A DNA stretch of 64,000 nucleotides, taken from the NCBI GenBank assembly GCA_002352225.1, contig DEIA01000011.1, forward strand, positions 10,987-74,986, given 5' to 3'. The notes beneath the pieces are model-generated. The model did no database searches. It saw nothing but the letters and a program-made list of their open reading frames with translations, and had not been told where the DNA came from. A program made the position numbers and the translations under genes. The stretch is from Flammeovirgaceae bacterium UBA2786. Lineage in GTDB: Bacteria; Bacteroidota; Bacteroidia; Cytophagales; Cyclobacteriaceae. Within the stretch, counting starts at the first letter, position 1. Each line of letters starts with the position of its first letter. Of this stretch, positions 1 to 9,126 are shown piece after piece.

Positions 1-112
1 AGGGAATTGAACGATCTTTTCCGTTTGACTGCACTATCAGGTTATACTCGGTAAGAAATACCGTACAGGGTTTATCTCCCGCCTTATTGGTATACGAATA
101 TTCAGTAGACAT
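1..112 (-). CDS. hypothetical protein, N-terminal part only (runs off the left edge)
   Basis: ATG at 112-110 on the minus strand opens a stop-free frame to the window edge (MSTEYSYTNKAGDKPCTVFLTEYNLIVQSNGKDRSIP...). No recognisable motif. Too short for the ORF track. Confidence 0.25.
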   Translation of the reverse strand, partial: MSTEYSYTNKAGDKPCTVFLTEYNLIVQSNGKDRSIP

Positions 113-193
113 TTTCACACAAGCAAAGTACCTGTGCCCTGCTTCGGGTTAAATACCATCGTGCAGGTATACTATATCCGTAGTAGCACGGAG

Positions 194-2131
194 TTAAGCC
201 GCCTTCGCCAAACTTACTGGCACGGTTGCTACCAGCGTAGTCCCTTTGCGGCCGGGGATTGTATCAATTTCAATGCTGCCCTTAATCATGTGCAGGCGTG
301 AGTTTATATTTTTCCAACCGTTGCCCTGGCCCGATGTTAACGCCTTTAGCTCAAAGCCATCTCCATCGTCTTCAATTGTTAGTACCAGCTCTTGCGGGTG
401 TTGCACAATTTGAATAGCTATCTGATTGGCATGACCATATTTTAATACGTTATTCACCCACTCCTGACAAATCCGATACAAAGCTATTCGTAATTCGTCT
501 GGCATATCTGCATTAAGGTTAAAAGTCTGAACGGTTACGGAAACAGATCCTGCGCGATTGATGCGCGCTGCAAATTCTTTCAGCGCTTCATCCAATCCAC
601 TCTTCACCAATACTTGTGGCATCAGGTTAAATGCAATGTTGCGAATTTCAAGGTTCATATCGTTCAAAACCCCCAGTGCATGGTCAACCGCAGGCTTCTC
701 AATTTTTTCTTTTGAAAGTGAAAGACGCAACGCTGAAATCATTTGACCTAAACCATCGTGCAGATCGGCCGCAAAACGTTTCCGCTCTTCCTCCTGCGAT
801 GCAATAACCGCTTTCAATTGTGCTTCGCGTAAAGCAGCCCGTGTAGCTTGCAGCTCGGCCTGTTGTTTCAATCGCATTCGGTTCTTCCATAGGTATCCGA
901 GTGTTAAAATCAGAGTGAGCACTACCAACAGAATAACAATGGCCTGCATACTTTGTGTAAGCTTCGAATCTTTAATTTCATTCTCCTGCTCCAGCAAAAG
1001 AATCTGATTCTCTTTTTTAACCGTTTCATACTCCGTTTGCAGTTCAGCCATTTGCCTTGCCTTTTCTTTCTGAAACAAAGAGTCTTTCGCCAATACATAG
1101 GCCCTGTGTTCGTTATAGGCAGCCGCAAATTCCCCTTTCTTTGCTTTGATTTCGGCCCGCTCTAGCCGGGCATCCATAACCTGTTGTAATGCCTGAATTT
1201 CCTGAGCAATCATCAGTGCTTCATTAGCAAAATTTTCGGCTGTTATCAGATCTCCTTTGTTTTTATAGATAGCCGCCTCATAAATCAATACAAATGCAAG
1301 TTCTTTTCTATTATTAAACTCTCTGTTCAAAGTCTTGGCCTGGTTCAATAGGTCTATTGCTTTTTCTGTTTGTCCCAGTTTATCGTATGCCATGCCTGCA
1401 TTACATAGCGTGGTGGGCAAAAACTTTCTGATGTTTTGTCTTTGAAATTCTTCTGTGCCCAGGTTGGAATAGTACAGCGCACTATCGTACTCTTTCAGAT
1501 AATAATAAACAGAGCCCAGGTTGGCATAACATACGGCAATCCCAAATTCGTTTTTTGTTTTTGTATATATGGTTAGTGCTTCAAAATAAGATTTCGTTAC
1601 CTGTTTATAATCGCCCTGGGCTTTTTGTACAATGGCAATGTTTACAATAACCATGGCCACCTTCTCCTCACTTTTTAAGGCTTCATAAATTGTTCTAGCC
1701 TGGTAATAATATTCCAGCGCTTTTTTGTAGTCACCCATTTCATCATGAATAATACCCAGGTTATTCAGGGTGTTGGCAGTTTTGGCATCGTCACCAATTT
1801 TTCTTCTTAAAGCCAGAGCCTCCAACTCTAAATCAAGTGCCTTGCTATAGTTACTTTGCGATTCGTGAGTTACCCCAAGGTTGTGAAGAGCTTCTACTTC
1901 ATATTCGATTCGGTTATATTTTCTGGACAGGGTTAATGCCCGTAGTCCGTATTCACGGGCTATTTCGGCATCAACAAAGTGATATTCCCAACTCAGTTCC
2001 AATAACGTTTTAATAGTCTTCTCCTCTTGCTTTTCATTTTGTAATAATACCTGCAGACTATCGATATTTTTGTTTTGTCCAAATGAGAAGGAAAGTGAAA
2101 AAAAGGCAGCTAATGCAAAAATTCTTGACAT
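194..2131 (-). CDS. TPR-repeat sensor histidine kinase (HisKA_3 / HATPase_c type)
   Basis: Signal peptide, multiple TPR-like repeats, coiled coil, one TM helix (AIVILLVVLTLILTLGYLW). Followed by the H-box FAADLHDGLGQ and ATPase motifs (EDDGDGF, GQGNGWKNI). Confidence 0.85.
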   Translation of the reverse strand: MSRIFALAAFFSLSFSFGQNKNIDSLQVLLQNEKQEEKTIKTLLELSWEYHFVDAEIAREYGLRALTLSRKYNRIEYEVEALHNLGVTHESQSNYSKALDLELEALALRRKIGDDAKTANTLNNLGIIHDEMGDYKKALEYYYQARTIYEALKSEEKVAMVIVNIAIVQKAQGDYKQVTKSYFEALTIYTKTKNEFGIAVCYANLGSVYYYLKEYDSALYYSNLGTEEFQRQNIRKFLPTTLCNAGMAYDKLGQTEKAIDLLNQAKTLNREFNNRKELAFVLIYEAAIYKNKGDLITAENFANEALMIAQEIQALQQVMDARLERAEIKAKKGEFAAAYNEHRAYVLAKDSLFQKEKARQMAELQTEYETVKKENQILLLEQENEIKDSKLTQSMQAIVILLVVLTLILTLGYLWKNRMRLKQQAELQATRAALREAQLKAVIASQEEERKRFAADLHDGLGQMISALRLSLSKEKIEKPAVDHALGVLNDMNLEIRNIAFNLMPQVLVKSGLDEALKEFAARINRAGSVSVTVQTFNLNADMPDELRIALYRICQEWVNNVLKYGHANQIAIQIVQHPQELVLTIEDDGDGFELKALTSGQGNGWKNINSRLHMIKGSIEIDTIPGRKGTTLVATVPVSLAKAA

Positions 2132-2230
2132 GGCGATAAAATTTGGCAGTTTAAAGTAAGCAAAAACCTCATTTTTGGCCTGTATTTGGAAGTTTAGTAT
2201 ATATCTTTTCTATCTAATTTCTGAGCAAAC

Positions 2231-2262
2231 TTGGATTATTGAGGGGCATTTACCGATATTTG
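2231..2262 (+). promoter_or_regulatory. possible Bacteroidota-type promoter for rpmB-rpmG-DUF4295
   Basis: TTG at 2231-2233, a 21-nt spacer, then GAtaTTTG at 2255-2262. This is one mismatch from the TAnnTTTG -7 consensus and lies about 44 nt upstream of the rpmB ATG. Confidence 0.3.
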
Positions 2263-2305
2263 CAGTCCCTTTTTAAGGAGGGGTAACCAATTTCAATCAT
2301 TACGT

Positions 2306-2545
2306 ATGGCACGAGTTTGTCAAATTACAGGAAAAAGACCTCAGGTAGGGAATAACGTTTCGCACGCGAACAACAAAACCAAGCGCAGGTTCTACCCGAA
2401 TCTTCAAACCAAGCGTTTCTTCATTCCTGAAGAAGACAAGTGGATCACATTAAAGCTTTCTGCAAAAGCCATTAAAACCATCAACCTGAAGGGTATTACG
2501 GCTGTTTTAAAGGAAGCAAAAGCTAAAGGAACGCTTTCTATCTAA
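2306..2545 (+). CDS. rpmB: 50S ribosomal protein L28
   Basis: The conserved bL28 N-terminus [29 protein letters not shown] and a 79-aa length. Confidence 0.95.
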   Translation: MARVCQITGKRPQVGNNVSHANNKTKRRFYPNLQTKRFFIPEEDKWITLKLSAKAIKTINLKGITAVLKEAKAKGTLSI

Positions 2546-2569
2546 TTACGATTTTAATCAGGCTGCACC

Positions 2570-2752
2570 ATGGCAAAGAAAGGCAACAGAATACAAGTAA
2601 TATTAGAGTGTACAGAACACAAGGCTACCGGCCAGGCTGGTATGAGTCGTTACATTACTACTAAAAACCGTAAAAACACAACCGAACGTATTGAGTTAAA
2701 GAAATACAACCCGGTGTTGAAAAAATATACTCTTCACAAAGAAATTAAGTAA
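2570..2752 (+). CDS. rpmG: 50S ribosomal protein L33
   Basis: [18 protein letters not shown]..., 60 aa, starting 24 nt after rpmB. Confidence 0.95.
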   Translation: MAKKGNRIQVILECTEHKATGQAGMSRYITTKNRKNTTERIELKKYNPVLKKYTLHKEIK

Positions 2753-2754
2753 TC

Positions 2755-2913
2755 ATGGCAAAGAAAGTTGTTGCATCCTTAAAGAAAACTGATGGCAAGA
2801 ATTACGCTAAAGTGATTCGTGCCGTGCGCTCTGAAAAAACAGGTGCTTATATCTTCAAAGAAGAAATTGTAGCGGCCGACCTAGTAAAGGAAACACTGGC
2901 AAAGAAGGGATAA
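2755..2913 (+). CDS. DUF4295-family small protein (52 aa)
   Basis: Hand-translated ORF MAKKVVASLKKTDGKNYAKVIRAVRSEKTGAYIFKEEIVAADLVKETLAKKG. It starts 2 nt after the rpmG stop and matches the conserved mini-gene that follows rpmB-rpmG in Bacteroidota. It falls below the ORF-track size cutoff. Confidence 0.8.
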   Translation: MAKKVVASLKKTDGKNYAKVIRAVRSEKTGAYIFKEEIVAADLVKETLAKKG

Positions 2914-2944
2914 TCAACACCCGTTCTTTTTTAACAAGATAACG

Positions 2945-2975
2945 AAAGTCCCCTTTGCGGGACTTTTTTGTTTTA
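2945..2975 (+). terminator. rho-independent terminator of the rpmB-rpmG-DUF4295 operon
   Basis: Stem AAAGTCCC (2945-2952) / GGGACTTT (2959-2966) with loop CTTTGC, followed by a T-run TTTTTTGTTTT. Confidence 0.75.
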
Positions 2976-2992
2976 CTTCTTAACTTCACCGC

Positions 2993-3949
2993 ATGTCTTT
3001 TTTATCCAATCTATTTTCTAAGGAAAACAAAGAGACTCTCGATAAGGGTCTTGAAAAATCGAAAGAGAGTTTTTTCGGAAAACTGAGTAAAGCCATTGCC
3101 GGTAAATCTACGGTGGATGATGAAGTGCTGGACAACTTAGAGGAAACTTTAGTTTCATCGGATGTGGGCATTAACACCACGCTTAAAATAATAGAACGCA
3201 TACAGGCCCGCGTGGCCCGCGATAAATACTTAGGCACTTCAGAATTAGACAAAATTCTGAAAGAAGAAATTGCCGGGCTGCTGGCCGAAAGCGATACCGG
3301 CAACGCAGGCTTTGAAATTCCCGCAGGCAAAAAACCGTATGTGCTGATGGTGGTGGGTGTAAATGGTGTGGGTAAAACTACTACCATCGGCAAACTATCG
3401 GCACAATTTAAAAAGAGTGGCAAATCGGTGGTGCTGGGCGCTGCCGATACATTTCGCGCGGCAGCGGTCGATCAGTTAAAACTCTGGGGCGAGCGTGTAG
3501 GCGTACCCGTAATTTCAAAAGGTATGAATACCGACCCGTCTGCAGTAGCCTACGATACCGTTGAATATGGCGCTAAAGAAAATGCCGATGTAATTATTAT
3601 TGATACAGCCGGACGCCTGCATACCAAAGTAAACCTGATGGCCGAGCTATCGAAGATCAAACGCGTAATGCAAAAAGTAATACCCGATGCTCCGCACGAT
3701 GTAATGCTGGTATTAGACGGAAGCACCGGCCAGAATGCCGTTGTGCAGGCACGCGAGTTTACCAAAGCAACCGATGTAACCTGTTTAGCCATTACCAAAT
3801 TAGACGGCACAGCCAAGGGCGGTGTGGTAATTGGTATTAGCGATGAGTTTAAAATACCCGTGCGCTACATTGGCGTAGGTGAAAAGGTGGGCGACCTGCA
3901 GGTGTTTGATAAAAATGAGTTTGTGGACTCGTTGTTTAGGAAAAACTAA
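2993..3949 (+). CDS. ftsY: signal recognition particle receptor FtsY
   Basis: SRP GTPase NG domain motifs GVNGVGKTTT (P-loop), DTAGRL and TKLDGTAKGG. Confidence 0.95.
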   Translation: MSFLSNLFSKENKETLDKGLEKSKESFFGKLSKAIAGKSTVDDEVLDNLEETLVSSDVGINTTLKIIERIQARVARDKYLGTSELDKILKEEIAGLLAESDTGNAGFEIPAGKKPYVLMVVGVNGVGKTTTIGKLSAQFKKSGKSVVLGAADTFRAAAVDQLKLWGERVGVPVISKGMNTDPSAVAYDTVEYGAKENADVIIIDTAGRLHTKVNLMAELSKIKRVMQKVIPDAPHDVMLVLDGSTGQNAVVQAREFTKATDVTCLAITKLDGTAKGGVVIGISDEFKIPVRYIGVGEKVGDLQVFDKNEFVDSLFRKN

Positions 3950-3954
3950 TTAAG
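3840..3954 (+). repeat. repeat A: native ftsY 3' end, duplicated at 6887-7001
   Basis: 115-nt direct repeat. Hand alignment to 6887-7001 gives 12 mismatches and no gaps, and includes the stop codon region TAATTAAG. Confidence 0.9.
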
Positions 3955-3994
3955 AACACCTCCGTCCACTTCAAAAAATGAGATATAGGGTTGT

Positions 3995-4282
3995 TCAAAA
4001 AATCAATTTGTATTGATTTTCAATAACTAATAAAATAATAAAGAAAATAGCAGCTAACAACGGTAAAAACCTTTTTCTAATAAATTCACTTTCTTTATTT
4101 AATTTTTTATAGAGTAAAAATATGTATGGCTGAAAAGCTATACCTGCTCCTCCTAAAATAAGCAAAAAAGTCATTCTATTGTCCGTGCCTAACATCATGC
4201 CCGTGATAGGCGCCATTATCCCTATAAATCCGCTCACATATTCAAGCCTTTTTATTTGCTTTACTACCTGTTTTGTATCCAT
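3995..4282 (-). CDS. small hypothetical membrane protein
   Basis: 95-aa ORF with three hydrophobic helices in an AT-rich stretch immediately after ftsY. No recognisable family. Confidence 0.45.
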   Translation of the reverse strand: MDTKQVVKQIKRLEYVSGFIGIMAPITGMMLGTDNRMTFLLILGGAGIAFQPYIFLLYKKLNKESEFIRKRFLPLLAAIFFIILLVIENQYKLIF

Positions 4283-4326
4283 AATGACTCTAATTTAATA
4301 TAAATCTTGCTTATAAAATTTTAAAG

Positions 4327-4860
4327 CTATGATTTATATTGCATACAAATCGCATAGTTATCCTCAGCTTGAGTATGACAAACAATATCTGCAGCCATGA
4401 CACCACCATAACAAGCAACTGCCCCTAGTAAGGTACTGTACTGCTCTTTCAACACGCCTTTTGCGTCTTTCTTTCGGGTATTATCGGTAATCACTTTGGT
4501 TACATGATATAGGGCATTTTGCTTCATGCGCGTTACAAACCATATTTTCTCGGTGGTCCATTTGGCAAATTGAGGGTACAGGTTATAGCCTTTATCAAAT
4601 ACGATAAAACTGTTGGATTGAAGCTTGATGTGATAGAGAAATTGACGGTCGTGTTCTTTAGCAGCGGTGATCCTTACGTAGTCTGTCACTCCGCTAAAGG
4701 CGTCCATGAGGGCATGCACTTTAATGCCGCCTTTTTTCTTGGCTCCATTCAAGGGATTTCGCCCCACACCTCGTAGAATGTCGCTAAATAGTCGAATCGT
4801 GGTGCTATCTATGATTTTAAGGTTACGGATGCTGAGGCCTTTTAACCGGCTGTCCGACAA
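4327..4860 (-). pseudogene. IS4-family DDE transposase remnant, truncated at both ends
   Basis: The central DDE_Tnp region is recognisable (IDSTTIRL..., KKGGIKVHALMD, IVFDKGY). The N-terminal domain is missing and the ORF only opens at a TTG. After VLKEQ the sequence diverges and stops before the catalytic Glu region. About 177 aa remain, where I expect intact Bacteroidota IS4-family transposases to be considerably longer (from memory, not checked). Confidence 0.7.
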
Positions 4861-5162
4861 ATTTTTTACTTTTAACCATAGTTACGTTTTGTGTGGTAAC
4901 TCAACATAACTAAAAAGGGTCGCTCTAAACAAGCTACCCTTTTAAAATTTTAGTCGGACAATAATGTTAATTTATCTATCTTCTCTCGACTATCTAACAG
5001 GAGGTGAGTTTGGAGTTGAGGGCTCAATACTTTTGACCCCGTAATCATAGTTTCAATACTATTAATTAAGCCATACTCCCTTTTTACCAAAAATCACAAG
5101 CCGTGAAAGATCTCTCCACTATTTACAATAGCAGTCACACTAGTTAGTACGACTTCAAACAC

Positions 5163-5318
5163 TTTTATTCAGCGCCTCTCAAACGGTATGCGCCAAAACA
5201 CCTGGTAGTTAAACCCCCAGTACAATCCTTTAAATGGCAATCCAAAACCCGGAATATCATACGATTCAAAACCGGGAGTATCTTTCGTATGAGGCAAAAA
5301 TTTCATTCTGCCTGTGTA
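5163..5318 (-). pseudogene. repeat B': orphan copy of the 3' end of the barrel-protein gene at 9414-10097
   Basis: 156-nt direct repeat of 9408-9563. The first ~118 nt are identical and there are 5 mismatches in the rest. It would encode only the last ~50 codons plus the stop, with no upstream reading frame. Confidence 0.9.
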
Positions 5319-5391
5319 CTTAATTTGTAATATTTTGGTATAATAATCTGCACCATGTGGATTATGTTATTAAAATTTTACATTTTTGCCT

Positions 5392-6030
5392 ATGAGTTAT
5401 ACTGATCAACTCAGGCAATATGCCCACCAGCCTCTTACTCACCAGTTGCTGGTTTCTGTTCTTAAATCGTTCAAACAGCCTAATGATAAGATTCACAAAC
5501 TCTTGCGCGATGGGTTGATTATACCCGTTAAAAAAGGACTTTATATTGCCGGGCCAGCCTTAAATTCCGGAAAGCCCGAACCTTTTCTATTGGCAAATCA
5601 CATTCTGGGACCAAGTTACATCTCGCTTGAAACCGCTTTAGCTTATCATGGCTTTATACCGGAACGGGTTTATGAAATTGCATCCATGACAACCAAAGCC
5701 TCGCGTACATTTAAAACAACTGTCGGAACCTTTACCTATACAAAGATTCCGTTACCATATTATTCATTCGGCATACAGCGTGTAATGGTAGAACAAAATC
5801 AATATGCTATGGTAGCATCGCCAGCTAAAGCTATTTGCGATAAGGTGATAACAACTTCCGGGCTTTTACTCAGAAGTAAAAAAAGTGCGCATGAATTCTT
5901 AGTGGAGAACATGCGCATAGATGAAGATAAACTGAAAGAAATAGACACCGCTGAAATGAGCGCCTGGATGCCACACGCCCTTAAAAGCGAAAGTCTGCAA
6001 ATGATACTTAAAGCAATTCAGGGTTTATGA
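5392..6030 (+). CDS. AbiEi-family antitoxin / transcriptional regulator (type IV TA)
   Basis: 212 aa from the ATG at 5392 (the ORF track opens at a TTG at 5386). N-terminal wHTH-like region plus the conserved GLYI...SLETALAYHGFIPERV core. 4-nt ATGA overlap with the downstream AbiEii gene. Confidence 0.7.
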   Translation: MSYTDQLRQYAHQPLTHQLLVSVLKSFKQPNDKIHKLLRDGLIIPVKKGLYIAGPALNSGKPEPFLLANHILGPSYISLETALAYHGFIPERVYEIASMTTKASRTFKTTVGTFTYTKIPLPYYSFGIQRVMVEQNQYAMVASPAKAICDKVITTSGLLLRSKKSAHEFLVENMRIDEDKLKEIDTAEMSAWMPHALKSESLQMILKAIQGL

Positions 6031-6878
6031 TTAAGGATTGGCTCGCAGAATATAAACCAGCAAACAAAGAAGAAGCACAAAACGCACTTCGTGAGATTAT
6101 GCAAGAGGTTGCCTTGGCGGGATTATACCGTGCCGGTTTCTTTGAGAAAGCCGCATTCTATGGAGGAACAGCATTGCGGATTTTCTATGGGTTGGACAGG
6201 TATTCCGAAGACCTTGACTTTTCGTTGCTTGAACCAAATCCCCAATTCAAACTTGATCGTTACCTGGATGCCGTGAAAGCTGAATTTGAATCGCTCGGTA
6301 TGAGGATTTCTATTAAAGACAAAAAAAAGACACCCGATAGCCAGGTTGAATCAGCATTTCTTAAATCAGAAACCATCTGGAAAGAACTGGCCTTGGAAAG
6401 CATCGTTTCGCAAACTGGCCTCAATCAACCCATCCCTATTAAAATCAAAATAGAGGTTGATACCTTGCCGCCAACAGGATTTGAAACAGAAGAAAGGCTA
6501 TTGCTCAAACCCTTTTCTTTCTATGTAAAGTGCTTCGCATTGCCTTTCTTGTTTTCCGGCAAATTGCATGCTTTACTTTTCAGAAAATGGAAGAACAATG
6601 TAAAGGGCCGCGACTGGTATGATCTGGAGTGGTACATCAAAAATAAAACACCATTAAGTCTGGAACATTTTATCGAACGCGCACTGGCAAGTAATGATTT
6701 ACCGGCCGGCACCTTTACAGAAAGAGAATTCCGGCAACTGCTGGCAAAAAAAATTGACTCAGTTGATATTGAAAAAGTAAAAGCGGATGCCATCCGGTTT
6801 ATACCCGACAGAAGTAAATTGGAAATCTGGTCAGCCAGATATTTTCATGACTTAACTACTCAACTGATTGTATCATGA
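6027..6878 (+). CDS. AbiEii/AbiGii-family nucleotidyltransferase toxin (DUF1814)
   Basis: FYGGTALRIFYGLDRYSEDLDF nucleotidyltransferase motif, a length of about 280 aa, and translational coupling to the AbiEi-like gene. Confidence 0.8.
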   Translation: MIKDWLAEYKPANKEEAQNALREIMQEVALAGLYRAGFFEKAAFYGGTALRIFYGLDRYSEDLDFSLLEPNPQFKLDRYLDAVKAEFESLGMRISIKDKKKTPDSQVESAFLKSETIWKELALESIVSQTGLNQPIPIKIKIEVDTLPPTGFETEERLLLKPFSFYVKCFALPFLFSGKLHALLFRKWKNNVKGRDWYDLEWYIKNKTPLSLEHFIERALASNDLPAGTFTEREFRQLLAKKIDSVDIEKVKADAIRFIPDRSKLEIWSARYFHDLTTQLIVS

Positions 6879-6886
6879 TAGCAGTG

Positions 6887-7001
6887 GCGATGAGTTTAAA
6901 ATACATGTGCGCTGCATTTGTGTAGGCGAAAAAGTGGACGACCTGCAGGTGTTTGATAAAAATGAGTTTGTGGACTCGTTGTTCAGGAAGGATTAATTAA
7001 G
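6887..7001 (+). pseudogene. repeat A': orphan copy of the ftsY 3' end
   Basis: 115 nt with about 90 percent identity to 3840-3954. It would encode ...DEFKIHVRCICVGEKVDDLQVFDKNEFVDSLFRKD*, against native ...DEFKIPVRYIGVGEKVGDLQVFDKNEFVDSLFRKN*. No upstream ftsY body is present. Confidence 0.9.
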
Positions 7002-7033
7002 GCGAGGCGGGTGGGGACTTGAAGATATATAAC

Positions 7034-7705
7034 TTAAAAAGTATGCTCAATTGCTATCTGGGCGAATTGATTCCTTACATAATATTCGATCAAGTGTGAA
7101 TTATTTTCATAATAACTCCCACCCCATATGTCGGTTAACCCATAGTAATATTCTAAGCCTATATTAATCTTCTTGATTAAATTATAGGAAATGCCTCCAA
7201 GCATCCCAATTTCCGATCTGCCGGTGAGAACATCAACACTTTTATCGTTGGGGGCCCAAAAGCGAAAATTTAGTCCGCCTTTTAATCCTAATCTATACCT
7301 GGGATAATTGAATTGCATACTTAACGGGATGTCTATGAAAAGATGACTACGGTTACTTGCGGCCTCATCCAAACTTGGCATTGCCCATGGTTTATAAGTA
7401 AATTGTCTTGACGGTCCAAAGAAATAAGATTTCCGTTTTACTTTCAGGCCTATATTAAGTCCTGATTTTAAATCAAAATACTTCCCAACTGACTTAACTA
7501 TCCCTGTCCCCAATCTTAGTTCTAACGATGTATAACTGGGGGAAGAAGGGAAGCCATTCACGTCAAATGACGATCCGCCTACACTTAGAAACTTTGTGTA
7601 TCGAAATTTTTTATAGTTAATTACATTGGACTCTTGAGCAAGAGTGGAGTAGCAACTAAGTAGAAATAGTATCAATATAATGTTATAGCTGATAAGTTTT
7701 TTCAT
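7034..7705 (-). CDS. outer-membrane beta-barrel-like protein (hypothetical)
   Basis: Signal peptide MKKLISYNIILILFLLSCYSTLAQ, alternating hydrophobic beta-strand pattern, C-terminal ...IEHTF. The coding sequence is AT-rich. Confidence 0.55.
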   Translation of the reverse strand: MKKLISYNIILILFLLSCYSTLAQESNVINYKKFRYTKFLSVGGSSFDVNGFPSSPSYTSLELRLGTGIVKSVGKYFDLKSGLNIGLKVKRKSYFFGPSRQFTYKPWAMPSLDEAASNRSHLFIDIPLSMQFNYPRYRLGLKGGLNFRFWAPNDKSVDVLTGRSEIGMLGGISYNLIKKINIGLEYYYGLTDIWGGSYYENNSHLIEYYVRNQFAQIAIEHTF

Positions 7706-7870
7706 TTATAATTTTTGCAACTGCGTAGAATCAATTTAGTACCATAAATTTAAAACGCTTTGCAAGTAAGGTATATTGTACATCTTGAACTCAATCTTAA
7801 ATCCCATATAGTTGAAAAATGCTTGTTCAAGAAAAGCATAAAGGAAATGATCATACACTTATAACAATAA

Positions 7871-7920
7871 ACTGCTATCTTAAAACAAAGAGTTTAAATC
7901 AAGTGTTTTAAGGTAGCAGT
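7871..7920 (-). terminator. 16-bp inverted repeat downstream of the 7938-8957 gene (possible terminator)
   Basis: ACTGCTATCTTAAAAC (7871-7886) pairs with GTTTTAAGGTAGCAGT (7905-7920), with one mismatch/wobble and an 18-nt loop. It lies 18 nt after the stop of the minus-strand lipoprotein gene. Confidence 0.35.
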
Positions 7921-7937
7921 GAGTTCAAATTAATCCT

Positions 7938-8957
7938 TTATTCAATACAATCAATTGTAACCCAATTATTATTTGTCCCTCTTGAGGAACCCTCTACAAC
8001 AGCTCGAGTAAAACTTATAGCAGGTGGCGTTCCGCCTTGCCACGTAATTGACCCCGTTAGGGAGTTATTCCAAATTTGCTTTTCGCTCTCTTCTGCCGTT
8101 CCATAGTAGTCAGGGATACCTTCATCTAATACGAAGTGATGTGTGATACCATTTATTACAATTTTAACATCGAATTGGATATTACGATAACTTAATACGG
8201 TACTATAACCATACCAATAACATAATGTGCCTGCTCTTCTTCTTCCCCATATTCGACTTGCTAACCAAGGAGTAAAATTATTACCGGAAATCAACCACCA
8301 AGTACCTGCAGCGGCATAAATTTTTCTATCGTTTTTACAACCGCTTGGATCATAATAATACCAGGTTTCTATATTATTAGTGCATGTCCATGAAGAAGTT
8401 CTACTACTTTTAGTCTCATCTTTAGACTCACTATTATTATTGTACTGAACTAATTTAAAAATTGATGTGTCTAAATTGTCTTTAAACTCAATTTTGCGTA
8501 ACCTATTCAAATTTTCCTTTTCTGCTAAAACCAAAAATTGGTTGTCTATAATCTTATGTACAAATCCTTCAGATTCATAAATTCTTTCACGGTTACAAAT
8601 CGTTCTATAAAACTCATTATCTATCTTGGGAACGAAGGTACTATCTGATAGCATTATAACATCGTTATAGTTCTTTAGTAGATTTGCAATTTCCTCACTG
8701 GTTTGGGCCATACTTAGTTCATCAAGTGCTTTTTTGTAGATGTCATCTAAAGATTGAAATCCTGAGTTACTAATTTTTCGGCCTGCACCTTTAGCTCTAC
8801 TTTTGTTAGCGTTTAATACATAAGCGGACATCTCTTCTGAGTTTTTAAAACTTAAGATAGCGACATTTAAAGTCGAATTATCACTTTCTTGTCGAATACT
8901 TTCTTCCGAGCAAGAAGCCACAATAAGAACAAGTAGAATTGAAACAATTTTTTTCAT
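7938..8957 (-). CDS. hypothetical lipoprotein with a Trp/Tyr/Cys-rich C-terminal domain
   Basis: Lipobox LIVASC at the N-terminus. The N-terminal half looks helical. The C-terminal ~160 aa are rich in W, Y and G with four Cys (WTCTNN, PSGCKND, GTLCYWYGY, TIDCIE). No family recognised. AT-rich. Confidence 0.55.
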   Translation of the reverse strand: MKKIVSILLVLIVASCSEESIRQESDNSTLNVAILSFKNSEEMSAYVLNANKSRAKGAGRKISNSGFQSLDDIYKKALDELSMAQTSEEIANLLKNYNDVIMLSDSTFVPKIDNEFYRTICNRERIYESEGFVHKIIDNQFLVLAEKENLNRLRKIEFKDNLDTSIFKLVQYNNNSESKDETKSSRTSSWTCTNNIETWYYYDPSGCKNDRKIYAAAGTWWLISGNNFTPWLASRIWGRRRAGTLCYWYGYSTVLSYRNIQFDVKIVINGITHHFVLDEGIPDYYGTAEESEKQIWNNSLTGSITWQGGTPPAISFTRAVVEGSSRGTNNNWVTIDCIE

Positions 8958-9126
8958 AACTATTTAGAAGTTTTATTGGTATAGGTAAGTGTACTCAGCT
9001 CCGGCCGGAAACCTTAAGTCCAAGGTAGGGACACCTATAAAATCGCCAAAATTATCTATGTTTCACTTATAAGATGTACTCTTTTAAGACGTAATATTTA
9101 AAGCGAAATGCGCAGAATTTGCGTTT

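Noticed and set aside
2986-3423. A 145-aa ORF antisense to ftsY.
   Set aside because: It overlaps the well-supported ftsY frame. No motifs.
4851-4960. Inverted repeat TGTCCGACAAATTTT / AAAATTTTAGTCGGACA with an inner hairpin AAAAGGGT / ACCCTTTT, considered as IS terminal repeats.
   Set aside because: The left arm lies inside the transposase remnant rather than at an element end. The pair spans only ~110 nt, and no matching repeat exists on the other side of the remnant. It may be a leftover terminator-like hairpin, but there is not enough evidence to call it.
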